Below, one piece after another: positions 49,301-61,400 of a stretch of DNA of 64,000 nt. The translations under genes and the position numbers were made by a program. The notes beneath the pieces are model-generated. The model searched no databases. It worked only from the letters and a program-made list of their open reading frames with translations, and was not told where the DNA came from. The DNA is from Vicugna vicugna. Its lineage: Eukaryota. Positions within the stretch are counted from its first letter, which is position 1. Each line of letters opens with the position of its first letter. The stretch is from NCBI GenBank assembly GCA_013265495.1, contig MU058781.1, forward strand, positions 2,334,158-2,398,157, written 5' to 3'.

Positions 49301-51029
49301 TGCACAAATTGAATTACAACTATGAATCAGGCGCTGAGAAAGCAGTCAATCACAATATTAGGCAATGACTGCTATGCTAGGAGTAAGCACACAGCTGTAT
49401 TTTGAAAGACCTCATCATACCTTTTAAGGTAAAATATAAAAATGTTAATTTTATAACAAAATAAAGTGTAACTACCTATTGAAATCATCATAAATAATTT
49501 ATTACCTTAAATAATTTACATTCTGTGTTATGTACATCTATGAATTATGTCCACAGGCTGATTGAATTAAAAGCTTTATATTACATTAAAAGCTTTATCA
49601 CATGCGAACCTGTTGCTAGGTAATAACTAAAAGTAATACACTCATGTACAGATATCTCTATACACATGTGTGTGTGGTGTCCTTATAATTGTGTCCACAT
49701 ATCTGTATCTGTCTACACAAGTGTGTGTTTACCCTAATATTCAGAAAGCAATCCAACTATCTCAAAACATACATATAGAGATTATTATAAGTAGGTAAAT
49801 ATATAACATGCTCCTTTGAAGATCACTTTAAATGATTCAGTTGATGGTAATATGCAATTTGTTAGATGGCTCACAATTCTGAGAGCATACTCAAAGTGCA
49901 CTTGCAGGTAATCAGACATTCTGGATGGGTCTTTCAAAGTCTTCATGATACATGGAGACATTTTCTGGATGTTGGAATATGAGGCTTAATTTTCTGTGCT
50001 TGGAATCAATATGCCAGAAAAATAATTTTATATACATATATCATTTATTTATATTTATACATATGTGTGTGTTTAGTGACTTTTATTGTTGCTATTTTTT
50101 GTTTGTTTTAAATAAAGTTCACTCATGACGTATAGCAGTATGTCCAGAATGAGTCATTGACTGGCTTAAATGACATTGTAACTTTTAGCCAGAAGAAAAT
50201 CCTCACATTTTCTGAACTCATTTATTTGTTTTTATTCAATGTACTTTCTCCTTTTTTGGATATTAAGCTACATCTTTGCTAATAATAGCAAATTGAAACT
50301 TAACCCTGCAAACACATTATTTTAAAAATCTTAACATCCAGCCAACATTGAAAATAGTTAGCCATTGTCTCTGAGATGTACTTAAAACAATTTAAATAGG
50401 TTTTCACTAATATAGTAATTTATTACATTTTATAGAATAAATAGAAATAATTATCTAAAAGTATTCTTTAGAGAGAAAAGTTAAAAAGAATATGGAGAGA
50501 AATGTAGTACCTTCTGAAAAAGGTACTTGTAGGGAATGCTTATTTTTATTTCTATCAAGGTAATATGCACACACTCAAACAGTAATGTATTTTATAACAA
50601 AAAACATCAGTCCCTAACTCCACTCCTCCCCACTCTCCTGGAAACAATACTTTGACATTTTCATCGTATCTCTGGTATTTACATCCATTTTTCTAAATTA
50701 ACATAATTTCTCTGAGATTTCTCAGTTTATTAATTTTAGACATTATTTGTTTATTTTCTGTTTAGTAAGTCAGGATTTAGCTCTTTTACATCAGTATCAG
50801 CTTTCCCTCCTCTCTCTTCACCTTCCCAATAAAGCTAAAATGTTTATTTAATCAATATTCAGCACTTATTTTGATTATATAAATACTGTTCATTTCTGAA
50901 CTAAGATTATATTTCCTTTCTCAGACAACTTTTTGTTTTTTCTAAAGGTGGTAGTGATCAACTCACTTTTTTACTGCTTAGTTTTCTGTGCACCCAGTTC
51001 TTTACCAATGTTCAAACAGATTCAACTGT

Positions 51030-51630
51030 TTGTTCATTCATTTATTCAGCAAATATATACTGAGTGACTGCTCTGTGTTGGGCATCGTTCAAGCTTCTTC
51101 AGATTCATCTGTGGACAAAACAAATAAAAATCCCTGTTCTTTGACAACTTAAATTCTAGTGGAGAAAAAGGAGACAATCTAAAGTCAACACAGTGACTAA
51201 ATGAGTATTATAACTTTTTAGAATAGTGAGAGTGCTCTGGGGAAAAATTCAAGCAGACTGTGGTTGCGGAGATGAGTGCAGTCAATTCCGTATTCAGTAG
51301 GAGGGGGAAGCAGAAGTGTGTGTCATTTTAAACGAGTGGGCAGAGTAGGCCTCGCTGAGGTTACATTTGAGTGAAGAAAGAAGGAAGTGAAAAGGTGAGC
51401 CAGGTAAGTATGGGAGTTTGGGGGGATGGTCCATGCAAAAGGAGCAACTAGGACAGCTAGGACCCTGAGGAAGAGGCACGCTTGGGGTGTTCAGTGACCC
51501 TGCGGGGCTGTGACTGCCAGGACAGGGTGAGCAAGGAAGAGGGTGGTGCAAGCTGTCGCCTGGGCCAGACTGTGTGCCGTTTGTAGGCCTTCATGAGGAC
51601 TGGTTTGTATGCTGAGATGAGCTGAAAGGT
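51030..51630 (-). mobile_element. L2 LINE 3' portion
   Basis: TTCATTCATTTATTCAGCAAATATATACTGAGTG...GGCCTCGCTGAGGTTACATTTGAG...GCTTGGGGTGTTCAG. Confidence 0.8.
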
Positions 51631-54084
51631 TTTATCTGAGCTTCAAACTAAAGTTGTTTCATCTGAAGGCAATGATTAATTTACCTTTTATTTAACAGTA
51701 CAGTTACTTTAGATATGTCTAAATATTCAGCGGATTCAACAGACAGATCATAATCAGTTTATGTTACAAGTGGCCAAAGACCCAAAAGTTGTAGTTCACG
51801 CCACAGATGAGGCAGTTAGCTCAGGTCGATGGCAAAAGCTGATTCACTCAGCCACACGTGTCTTTCAGCAGTTAGGTAAGCAGTCATCTTCCTTGGTGTA
51901 CAGTCTTCAATCACAGTATCACCTAACTCATTTCTCTCCTCTTTCTAGGCAAGGCAGCCTCAGATATACATAGTTATTTTCTCCTCAGCATGAAGCCTGA
52001 ACTTTACTCCTCTTAATGGAAGCTACATCTGAACCATCAAAGTCAAGTTATATTCCTTCAGATGCAAAACTGATGAAATCTACTTCAGACTGTCCTTTCG
52101 AACAAAACAAAGGCGATTTCTTTTGGTGAGGTAAACATTTCTCCATCTATTTTTGCTTTACTCAGTACTACTAAATATATTGAAAGCTGTTTACAGGATG
52201 TAGGGTCAGTGTTATGTGAATAAAGTAGCACTAAGAGACCAATATGAAGGCATAGCAGCAAAGGATAGTCTCCTAACTTTTTAGTGGTTCTTTCAATCCA
52301 GCAAGAAATCTGTGCAGGGTATTGGCAGAAAAACGCCAAGTCTCTGTGCAGTGCTACCTGTCTCTATATTTAATCCTGTAATCCTGTGACTGCCAAGAAT
52401 TTGCAGATTATTTACTCCAGCTTCCAGAAGATCGGTATAGGTTGGTTTTGCAACAATAAATACATGACAAGATGGGGTCTGATCTAGTGGTAGCATCTCG
52501 GGAATAAGAATCCACAGACCTGTGTCCCAACCCTTGCTCTGCTAAGAACTAGAACCCATATTTCCTCCAAGAAAACAGAGTATGATTGATCACCCTCCTT
52601 CCAAGTCCACAAAAATATGGTCGAGTCATTTCCCCTGGATTGTCTAAGCTTCTACCTAAACACTCTCAGGGAAAGCTTCAGATTTTAAGATATCAAAAGA
52701 GTTAGTTCTTAAATATTCCTGAGAGAGAGGTTATTTGTAAGGTGACTCTTAGTAAGGACATATTTAGAAACTAGAGCAGAATGGTGATTAATAGCCAACA
52801 GACTGTCTCCAGCCCCTTTTTGGGCAGCATAGAAGTTAGCATACGGCAGGATGGTCTTGACCTGTGTCCAAGAAATTCATTCCTGCAAATTCTGGGAAAG
52901 ACCTTGTTATAACAAAGTTATGGTATAGCAGAGACCCCACTATAAAGGGTGAATTCAAGACTTCTTTTACAGAGGAAAAGAGGGAAATTTGCAAATCCTA
53001 AAATGTCTCAAAAAGAAGTGTACCCAGCAAAACATTTTGCAGTTCTTGCACTTTAGAAATAATGTGATTCTCTAAGGCAACCCATAATAGAATTCACTAA
53101 ACAAGAGTTGCCCAGCTCCCTAGGGCTTAGCCTCATTGGACAGAGCAATTTAACTCAGGAATCCCACTTGGAGATTCAGCAGAAAAATATGGACATATGT
53201 CCTAAGAAATAAAGGAAGGACATGAGGAAATGCTCTCATTCTCTCTTGCCTGTCCTCAATGGTTTAGATATTTGAGTTTTAGCACAGCTTAATTTCATAA
53301 ATAGTAGCGTAGGCAGGTTTGCCCACCCATTCAAGAAGACTGTTTACTTAGCATGTCTCTCTCCAGTTGCAGTGTGTTTCACATTAAATGTTTGATTGGA
53401 TTACTAATTTTAAAACTTGCCACTTTAGAATCACCCAAAGCTTTCATTTCCTATCTAAGAGCCCTGAAAAACGTCATGATTAGCTCAGAACTGAGGCAGC
53501 AGGCTGCATCAGAGGACTTTGAAAATGTTTTTCCCTCTGAACACAGGCAGCTCAGAAAGCAGAGCACCTGCACATAGGTTAATGAGGCTCAGAATTGCTG
53601 GAGTTGTTGAGACCAACTGTTGAGAATTCCTGTGGAGTTAAGTAGGATGTGAATCTGGCTCTGAGTAAATATCATTACCCATGCTTTCTGACTTCCTGCT
53701 CTCGGATTTTGCAGTACGCGTGGATTTTTCCCCTTCAGCTCAACCATTTGGTGGCAGTTGGGTTGAGGGTGGCTGGAAGTATTCTTTAAAATGGCTCTCT
53801 GGATGGGTAGAGGCCCTGGCGTTTATTCCTGGAGCTCCCTCAGCCGTAGAGTACTTTTTAGAAAATTTATTGCATTTTATTCATGTTTTTATACCTGGAA
53901 AGTAAGCAGTCGGCTTATGGTCACAAAAAAAGGACTGTGACTGGTCACTTAGAGTGTCTCGTTTTGGTGTTTAATAGTCATAAGACATGGTAAAGACAAA
54001 AAACAGCAAGAACATCCTGTGTTCTATATGCAGATTCCCTTAGATCCAAACCCTCAAATACTTACTATTCTGACGACCTGTATG

Positions 54085-54420
54085 GAGAACATTTTTTAGC
54101 ATATTTTTAGTATGGTTTAGTGTAAATGTCAACCTCTGGTTGAAGTATATCATACAAGCCAAAAGTGCACATATCCTAAGTGTACAGCTCCATACATCTT
54201 CACAAAAGGACCACACCCATGTAACTATCATTCAGATCAAGAAACAGGACATGCTCAGCACCCAGAAGCCCCTCTCATGCTCTTTCCCAGTCTGGCCCCT
54301 CAGGAGTAATCACTACCCTAACTTCTAACACCTGTTTTCTTTTTCTGCTTTTTTTTTTTTTTTGAATCTGTACAAGAGGAATCAGATAGTATATACTCTT
54401 TTGTATCTGGCCTTTTTCAA
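54085..54420 (-). mobile_element. Old LINE-1 3' end (L1MC/L1ME-type)
   Basis: TTGAAGTATATCATACA...AAAAGTGCACATATCCTAAGTGTACAGCTC...CACCCATGTAACTATCATTCAGATCAAGAAACAG...GGAATCAGATAGTATATACTCTTTTGT. Confidence 0.8.
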
Positions 54421-55670
54421 GCATGCAGAGATTTTACAAATATGTCTTTATTACAACCTTACATCACTGTCCCATTGACAAGGAAATCATTAATCTGCCC
54501 CAGTGTAACAGTTTGCTCTCCTCAAAATGTGTCAAGTAAAGACATTCACAATGGAAATAAATGTATACATGGCAGCATTATATGCGTCAGTCTGCCAATA
54601 AGCACATCCGGTTTCTAACAGATGGGGTAAGGAACTTCCACTGGGCCTTTTTAAAGGAGGAAGATAATAACAGCTTTGCTATGCAGTTATGACAAAAAGT
54701 TAAAGGATGGTGGGAGGCCAAGTTGGGGAATTCTGCTGTCTGAACTGAAGCATAAAGCTAGTGAGATGCACAAGAAAGTGAGACTTATTGGTTGAATGTT
54801 GATGCACCAGAATGGAAAATGAGAGCTTGTTGTATAATTGCAGATGGTGCTGTTTCTTCCCACTTTACGTTAGTGTGCTTCCAATAAACAGGCCCCTGGA
54901 GGTGACATTTTGTTTCCTGCCATTTGCTGTTGGCTTTATTAGACAAATGTCTTCCTTAGCCTCTGGTCAAGTAAAGGATGATGATGATGATAGTAGTAAT
55001 AATATCATCTTTCATGCCTGAGCTGAATTAAAACAGTACAACTTTGTCACTAATGGTGAAGCAAGGCAAAGGATTTAGAACAGTCAGAGTCATAATTGCA
55101 AGTTATAAAATAATTAAATGTTACTGCTGTGTGCAAAAATATTTAGGAGCCAACTTTGCAGTGAGTAAGTTATAGGATTATCCCATCACGTGCACATGAA
55201 CCACATGTGCAGTTGCAGACTTATCTGACTGTGCATCAGACCTCACAACTGGATTCCAAGTAAATCAAGCACTTGTTTGAAAAAAAAAGTAATCAAATAT
55301 GGATTATTTCAATAAAAGCCAGAGAGTTTCTCCCTGAGATCCCTGCTAGCAAAAAGCAGGGGATTTATGCCACTCATTTTTGAGCAAGCCACATTTCTCT
55401 AATATGGCTGATCCCTCCCAGTCTAAACATTTTCTTTGAAAATGTGAAACCCTGCAATTAAATCCTCCTCCCTGAAACAGGGTGAGTTCACTGAGCTGAG
55501 AAACCAAGTGCATCCCCCATAGAGAAGACTGTGATTGGAGGGAGGGGATGTTGTCTTATGGGAAGACCCACTGATGGGATGAAAACAGGAGGTAGCTGGA
55601 GGGGAGGCGGAGAGAAAGCTCCATGTGCTCATCTGAAGACCTTCTGTATTCAAACATACACTCACGGCTG

Positions 55671-55672
<2 letters not shown>

Positions 55673-55710
<38 letters not shown>
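55673..55710. repeat. (GT)19 microsatellite
   Basis: Perfect dinucleotide repeat, counted directly. Confidence 0.97.
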
Positions 55711-55713
<3 letters not shown>

Positions 55714-56269
55714 TCCCTGAGACGTGGAATTACTGCTAATACTAAAAATATATGGGGGGGGGTCGCGTTTAAGCTAAATAAGCTTTGCTATTGACAGTAG
55801 TCCTTTGAGTCATGTTTTGCCTTATGAAGAACAGGGAAAGCTTTACTAAGGAAAACAATAGATTTATTAGTGAAATGATTTACTGGGCTGAAAAATTGCA
55901 TGTATGTTTTGCAAATGTGATTTTCCCTTCTTGAAAATTGTATTTTCTTGGCATTTACCCATGGTCCCATGGTGGTGTTTCACAGAGGGCCATTTTGGGA
56001 GAGGTACAGAAATACATTTCTTCCCCTTACCACTGTGTTGGTAATACACTGTGATGGATGCTTGAAAGGAAGGTCCGCTCACCAGCATGTAATAAGTCCC
56101 GTAAAGATTATGCTTTGGGGAGTGGAGGTGGGGAAGTGGGGGACAGGCATCTGTTTAGGTTACCTCCCCAAATTAATGTTTCATTACCTTGCCAAAAGGC
56201 CTTAAACCCTCCAAAATAGGGTAATGTAAGGCAAGCTATCCTGAGAATGCCCTACTGTCAAAATATGTT

Positions 56270-56580
56270 CATTTTTCTCCCAATAGACATTTATTAGGCC
56301 TAAAAGCTGCCAGGTATGTATGGTGCCAGGTGTAGGGGAAAGGGAGAGAATACAGCAAGTGAGTAAGTCACAGTCCCAAGATTCTGGGATGCTTTTTCTT
56401 TTTAAGGGAATTGACATGATTTTGTATTTTAGAGCAAACATCCTGGTGGCAACCTAAAGGCCAAATGGTAAACATGGAAAAGATTTAGAAAGCTATTATC
56501 TGTAATAGTCCAGATATGTGAGCATGAAAGCCTGACTCAGTCAGTGATCCTTGGGATGGAGGTAGGGTAAGGATTTGTGA
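56270..56580 (-). mobile_element. L2 LINE fragment
   Basis: CAATAGACATTTATTAGGCC...GCCAGGTA; AGCTATT...TAATAGTCCAGATATGTGAGCATGAAAGCCTGACTCAG. Confidence 0.55.
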
Positions 56581-56587
56581 ACTACTA

Positions 56588-56832
56588 CGGCCCACTCTCA
56601 ATATGGTAGCCACTAGCTACCATATTTAAATTTAAATGTGGCTACTTAAATTTTAATTTTAATTAATTAAAAGTAAATATCATTAAAAATTTAAATATTA
56701 TTAAAAATTCCATAGTCACACTGACCATATTTCGTGTGTTCAATAATCACACTTAGCTAATGTCTACTTTATTGGACAGCGAAGATATAAGACATATCAA
56801 CATTTATAGAAAGTTCTATTAGACAATACTGT
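56588..56832. mobile_element. hAT-Charlie MER33/MER3-like MITE
   Basis: CAATATGGTAGCCACTAGCTAC...GTCACACTGACCATATTTC...TATTGGACAGCG...AGAAAGTTCTATTAGACA. Confidence 0.8.
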
Positions 56833-57176
56833 ATAGACCTTTTTAGATTTTTAGAAATCTATGATTAACTGTAAAGTTTGATGACATAAGAATCTGTAAT
56901 GTTTATGGGGCATGAATTTGAACCATGTTTGGGCATGTGGGTTGACATGTTGATAAGCTACATTATCCCTGTTATATACCTTACACATAACAGATAAAAC
57001 TGCTACATCAGTGATATTGGTAGTTGTCAAATTGTCCTGTTTGACACATGTATTTATATTCATAGTTTTATCTGTTATATAGTGTTATGTACTGTAACAC
57101 TAGATCATCTAGATCTATACTTATATCTGGATCTAGATCAAAGCTTTAGATCTAGATATATAAAACACTGGATGAT

Positions 57177-57620
57177 TGTATTAGCTTGGGTCATCCAAAA
57201 AGTATACGTTAAGGTGAGACTGGCTGTACATGAGGAAAATGCCTGTGAGGAAGAAAGGAGAGAACCAGAGTGTACAGGCAAAGCCTTCAGACCGCAGTGC
57301 AGATATGACACTCATGAAGGAGGGAGGAAGAAAGGCAGATTGAGTAGAAAGAGTCTTGGAATGTAGCAGAGTTCCAAGAAAGGTTCAGTCAGACTGTTGA
57401 GGAGTCTTTTAATCAGTGTCACCAATCAGAGGAGCCCCAAGATCTCAGGAATGGGCTTGTGTTAGTATCCCTATTGTGCTCAGTCATTAGTTGGGAGCAG
57501 CCCACAGGAAGCATGGACTTAGTGTGAATGTGATGGTGGATCCAAGGGATGGCAGCTGGAGCCATCACACATTATTCTCCCCATGGCAGGAAACCTCATC
57601 AGCACCTCATTGCTTCCACA
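57177..57620 (-). mobile_element. ERVL solo LTR (LTR16-like)
   Basis: TGTATTAG start, GCCTTCAGACCGCAGTGCAG, GCTCAGTCATTAGTTGGGAGCAGCCCACAGGAAGCATGG, ends CCACA; antisense relative of 19692-20072. Confidence 0.8.
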
Positions 57621-57643
57621 GAGTATATTTTGTATTATTAATA

Positions 57644-57718
57644 ATATATATATATATGTATGTATGTGTGTGTATATATATATACACCTACACATACATA
57701 TATATGTGTGTGTATGTG
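57644..57718. repeat. Compound (TA)n/(TG)n/(CA)n microsatellite
   Basis: Read directly from the sequence. Confidence 0.9.
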
Positions 57719-57924
57719 ATAAAATCTAATCTGTTCTATAGTATTTTGTGTATACAATACATACTACTGTAAAATATATTGAAAATATGAGATATATTTT
57801 ATGGTATGCTATATTTATAATTAGTGTGTATTCAGGAATTAGGGACTTCTTACTTGGGAACCCAATACTTATGAAAACCAAGGATTTCCTCTAATTAAGG
57901 GGTACAATCAAAAGGACTTGATGG

Positions 57925-60900
57925 GGCACTTCCACTTACAGAAAGATGGAGTAGACATACTTTTCCCTATTTTTCCCACTAAGTACAACTAAAAACCCTG
58001 TACATTATATATGAAATAAATATAAGCAGAAGGCTCTAAAAGGTGGAGAGAAAAAGGTAGAACAGCTAGTAACCTCAGCACCCAAGGATTGACATTGTGG
58101 TAAGTTCCCTACATTTTCTTTTTGCTCCGTATATGCCAAACTGGGTGGTAAAGAAGTCAACAACCCAGAAATTTCAACAAATGCAGAATTTTTAAAAGCC
58201 CCTACAAAAGTCTGGTCTCTTGAGCCAAAGGACCAGAAAAGGGGCAGTCTAGCAAGACCGAAAACTTTTAGAAAAAAAGCACTCTACTATAGTCAAATAC
58301 CACAAGTCGAAAAAAATCTGTGGCCATACCCCACCCACACCAGCAAAGGCTAAGTTGAGAACCTAGACTTCTATCTTTGTCAAGCAGTAATGAGATGCCC
58401 CAACCTCCTTCCAAGGGTGATGGCAGAGAAGGTTGAGCAGGAGCCCAGGACTTCCATCCCCAGTGGGCAGTGATGTGTGCCTCCCTTGAGAATCAGTATA
58501 GACCAAGTGGAGATTCTGGAATCTCACTTCCATTCTGTAGTAAGGCACTTCTCCTGCTTCCTGATGGGGTGATATCTGAGGAAGCATAGAGAAGAATCAG
58601 GACTTTGACCACCACCCAGTGGTAACGAGGCCACCCTCCACCAGGCTGCCAGTGAAGATCACATGTGGAGCAGTAATACAACCCTCCCCTTCTCAGAAGT
58701 ACTCACAAAGGTATGTATGGAGGCCTAGGGGGAAGCCAGAACACCCATCAATCCAGCAACAATGAGGAGTCCCCTCCCTTGGGTGTCAACAGAGGCTGAG
58801 TGAAGATCCTGGACTTCTCCACCCACCTGCAATAACAGGCCTCTTTGAATCCTCTCCCAAAGTGGTGTCAGGAAAATCTTGCTAAAAGAAAAGACTTAAA
58901 TGAGATCCAAAAAATCTCATAATACTCACACAGTTCAGTTTCAGTTTAAAATCACTCATACCTAGAAACAGGAAGATCTCCTACTGAATTAAAAATACAA
59001 TTAATAGATGCCAACACTGAGATGACAGAGATGTTAGAATGTTTTGACAAAGATTATAAAGGAACTATCATAAAAATCCTTCAACAAATGAAAAAAAAAA
59101 GCATCTCAGCTAAGAAGTAGAAAGTTTCAGCAAAGAAATAGGAGCTATAATGTAGAACCAAATGGGAATTTTAGAACTGAAAATACAGTGACTAAAATTA
59201 AAAACTCAATGGATGGGCTCAAAAGGAGAATGGAGGAAATATAAGAAGGAATGAAGTAAACTTGAAGATAGAGAAGGAATTATACAGTCTTAAAAAAAGA
59301 GTGAAAATGGACTGAGAAAAAGATGAACACATCTCAAGGATCTGTAGGATTATTTACCGGAGATCTAATGTCTGTGTCATTGGAATCCTGGAAGGAGAGA
59401 AGAAGGAAGGTGGGACTGAAAAAAAATACTCAAAGGAATAATAGCTAAAAATGTTCAAACTTTGGCAAAAGACATAAACCTACAACTTGAAGAAGCCACT
59501 TGAGTGGATTCTAAACAAGATAAACTCAAAGAGATACATACCAAAACATATAGTCAAACTTCTAGAAACTAAAATCAAAGAAAAATGTTAAAAGTAGGAA
59601 GAAAGAAACAACTCCTTACCTGCAGGGAAAGAACAATTCAAAGGATAGTGGAGTTCTCATCATAAACCAAAGAGGTCAGAAGGAATGCCACAATTTTTTA
59701 AGTGCTGAAATTAAAAAAACTGTCAACTAAGCATCCTATCTTCAGTGAAAATATCCTTAAGGAATGAAGGGCAAATTAATGCATTCTCAGTTGAAGAAGA
59801 ACTGAGAGAATTTGTTGCCAGCGAACCTACCCTAAAAGAATGGCGGAAAGAAACTCTCTGAACAGGGCAAACAATGAAAGAATGAATCATGGAATATCAG
59901 GAGGTAAGAAAGAATACAGTAAGCAAAAATACAGGCAAATACCACAGACTTTTCTTCTTTCAAGTCCTTTAAATCATGTTTGAGGACTAAAACAAAAATT
60001 ATGACACTGTTTCATATGGCTCTAAATGAAGATAGAGGAAGTTTTAAGACAATTATATTATAAATGGGGGAGGGTAAGAGAATGTAAAGGAAGGTAAGGT
60101 TTCTGCACTTCACTCAAACTGATAAAATGGTAATGCCAGTAGACTGTGAAATGTGTCATGTGTGTATAATTTTATACCTTGAGCAACCACTTAAATTTTT
60201 TGCAAAGAGATACCATCATAAATGCTGTAAATCAATAGAAATGAATTCTAAAAACGTTCAGTTAACACCCAGAGTCAAGAAAAAGTAATGAAAGCAAAGG
60301 GAACAAAAAGAAAACAAAATTAAAAATGGCAGACTGAAGCCTAACAAATCAATAATTATAGTAAATGTAAATGGTCTAAATACACCAACTAAAAGGCAAA
60401 GCTTGACAGAATGGATAAAAAAGAAAAAAACTTGACCCAACTCTATGCTGTCTGTAAGAAAGGCATTTCAAATGTAGTGATCTAAGTCATGTTAAAAGTA
60501 AAAAGAATGGAAAATATATATATTATGCAAACATTAATCAAAAAAAAATCAGGAATGGCTATGTAAATGTCAGATAAAGTAAATTGTAGAACAAAGAAGA
60601 GTATCAGACAGGAAGGGTTATTTATAATAAAAGTTTCACCAAGAAGACAGAATAATCCTAAATGTGTACACACCAAACAATAAAGCTGTAAAATTTATAA
60701 AGCAAAAAATGATAGAATTGAAAGGAGAAAGAGACAAATCCACAATTATTTGGAGGTTTAACATCTCTATTTCAACAATTAATAGTACAAATAGAAAAAT
60801 CAACATGGATATTGAAATACTGAACAATACTATTAACCAGCAGAATCTATTTGACATCTATAGAACATTTCATCTAACAGCAGAATACACTTTTCAAGTG

Positions 60901-60975
60901 TCCATGGAACACAGACCAAGATAGACCACATCCTGAGTCATAATACAACCTCGGTAAATTTAAAATAATCAAAAT
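57925..60975 (+). mobile_element. Ancient LINE-1 5' portion (L1MC/L1MD-type 5' UTR, decayed ORF1, ORF2 endonuclease start)
   Basis: 5' end CTTCCACTTACAGAAAGATGG; ORF1 remnants (AACTCAATGGATGGGCTC, TGTCATTGGAATCCTGGAAGGAG, GAGAGAATTTGTTGCCAG); ORF2 EN remnants (AATGTAAATGGTCTAAAT = NVNGLN; ORF 60664-60924 YTPN...FIKQ...LNNTINQ...DIYRTFH; ATAGACCAC = IDH). Confidence 0.9.
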
Positions 60976-60979
60976 GTGG

Positions 60980-61400
60980 TGTGAGACCTAGATTAAGGAC
61001 CAATATTATGTGCTGACTTGACATCTGGTGAAGTTGAGAAGGCCTCATCTGGCCTAACCACAAGTTCCCTTCCCCACTTTGCTATTGTTAATAAGGTCCC
61101 CTAGCCAAACAACCCTTCTTACCAAGGGGAACAGCTGTAGTTCTTGCATATCCCTGAGTAGTAGGTTTCAGTTCCCTGCCAGCTGTGGAATTATTCAAAC
61201 AAACCAATCACATTATCCTGTGGGAACCAGGGGGCACCCGTCCTCTTGATACTGCAATGCCTGCCTCCAGCCCTTGGTGGTTCACTCTGTTCCCAAGTGC
61301 AACCCCCTTGTAGCCCTGCATTGTGTGCAATATTCTCCCTCAGTCTGTGAGTGTGTGGGACTAAAAACTGCTATCAGTCTCATCTGTCCAGTATCAATTT
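60980..61400 (+). mobile_element. ERV1-class LTR (MER90/MER89-like), truncating the L1
   Basis: TG start; CAATATTATGTGCTGACTTGACATCTGGTGAA, AAGGTCCCCTAGCCAAACAACCC, CCAATCAC, AAACTGCT...CTCATCTGTCCAGT. Family name is uncertain. Confidence 0.7.

Noticed and set aside
49566..49598. Short local duplications (ATTAAAAGCTTTAT x2; also ATTACTAATT x2 at 23698 and AACAAACTTGT x2 near 25676)
   Set aside because: Ordinary slippage duplications with two copies only and no spacer array.
52016..52129. Short ORF MEATSEPSKSS... and alternative frame ...FRLSFRTK... faintly like a laminin-G strand
   Set aside because: Too short, bounded by stops, and the resemblance is only a few residues.
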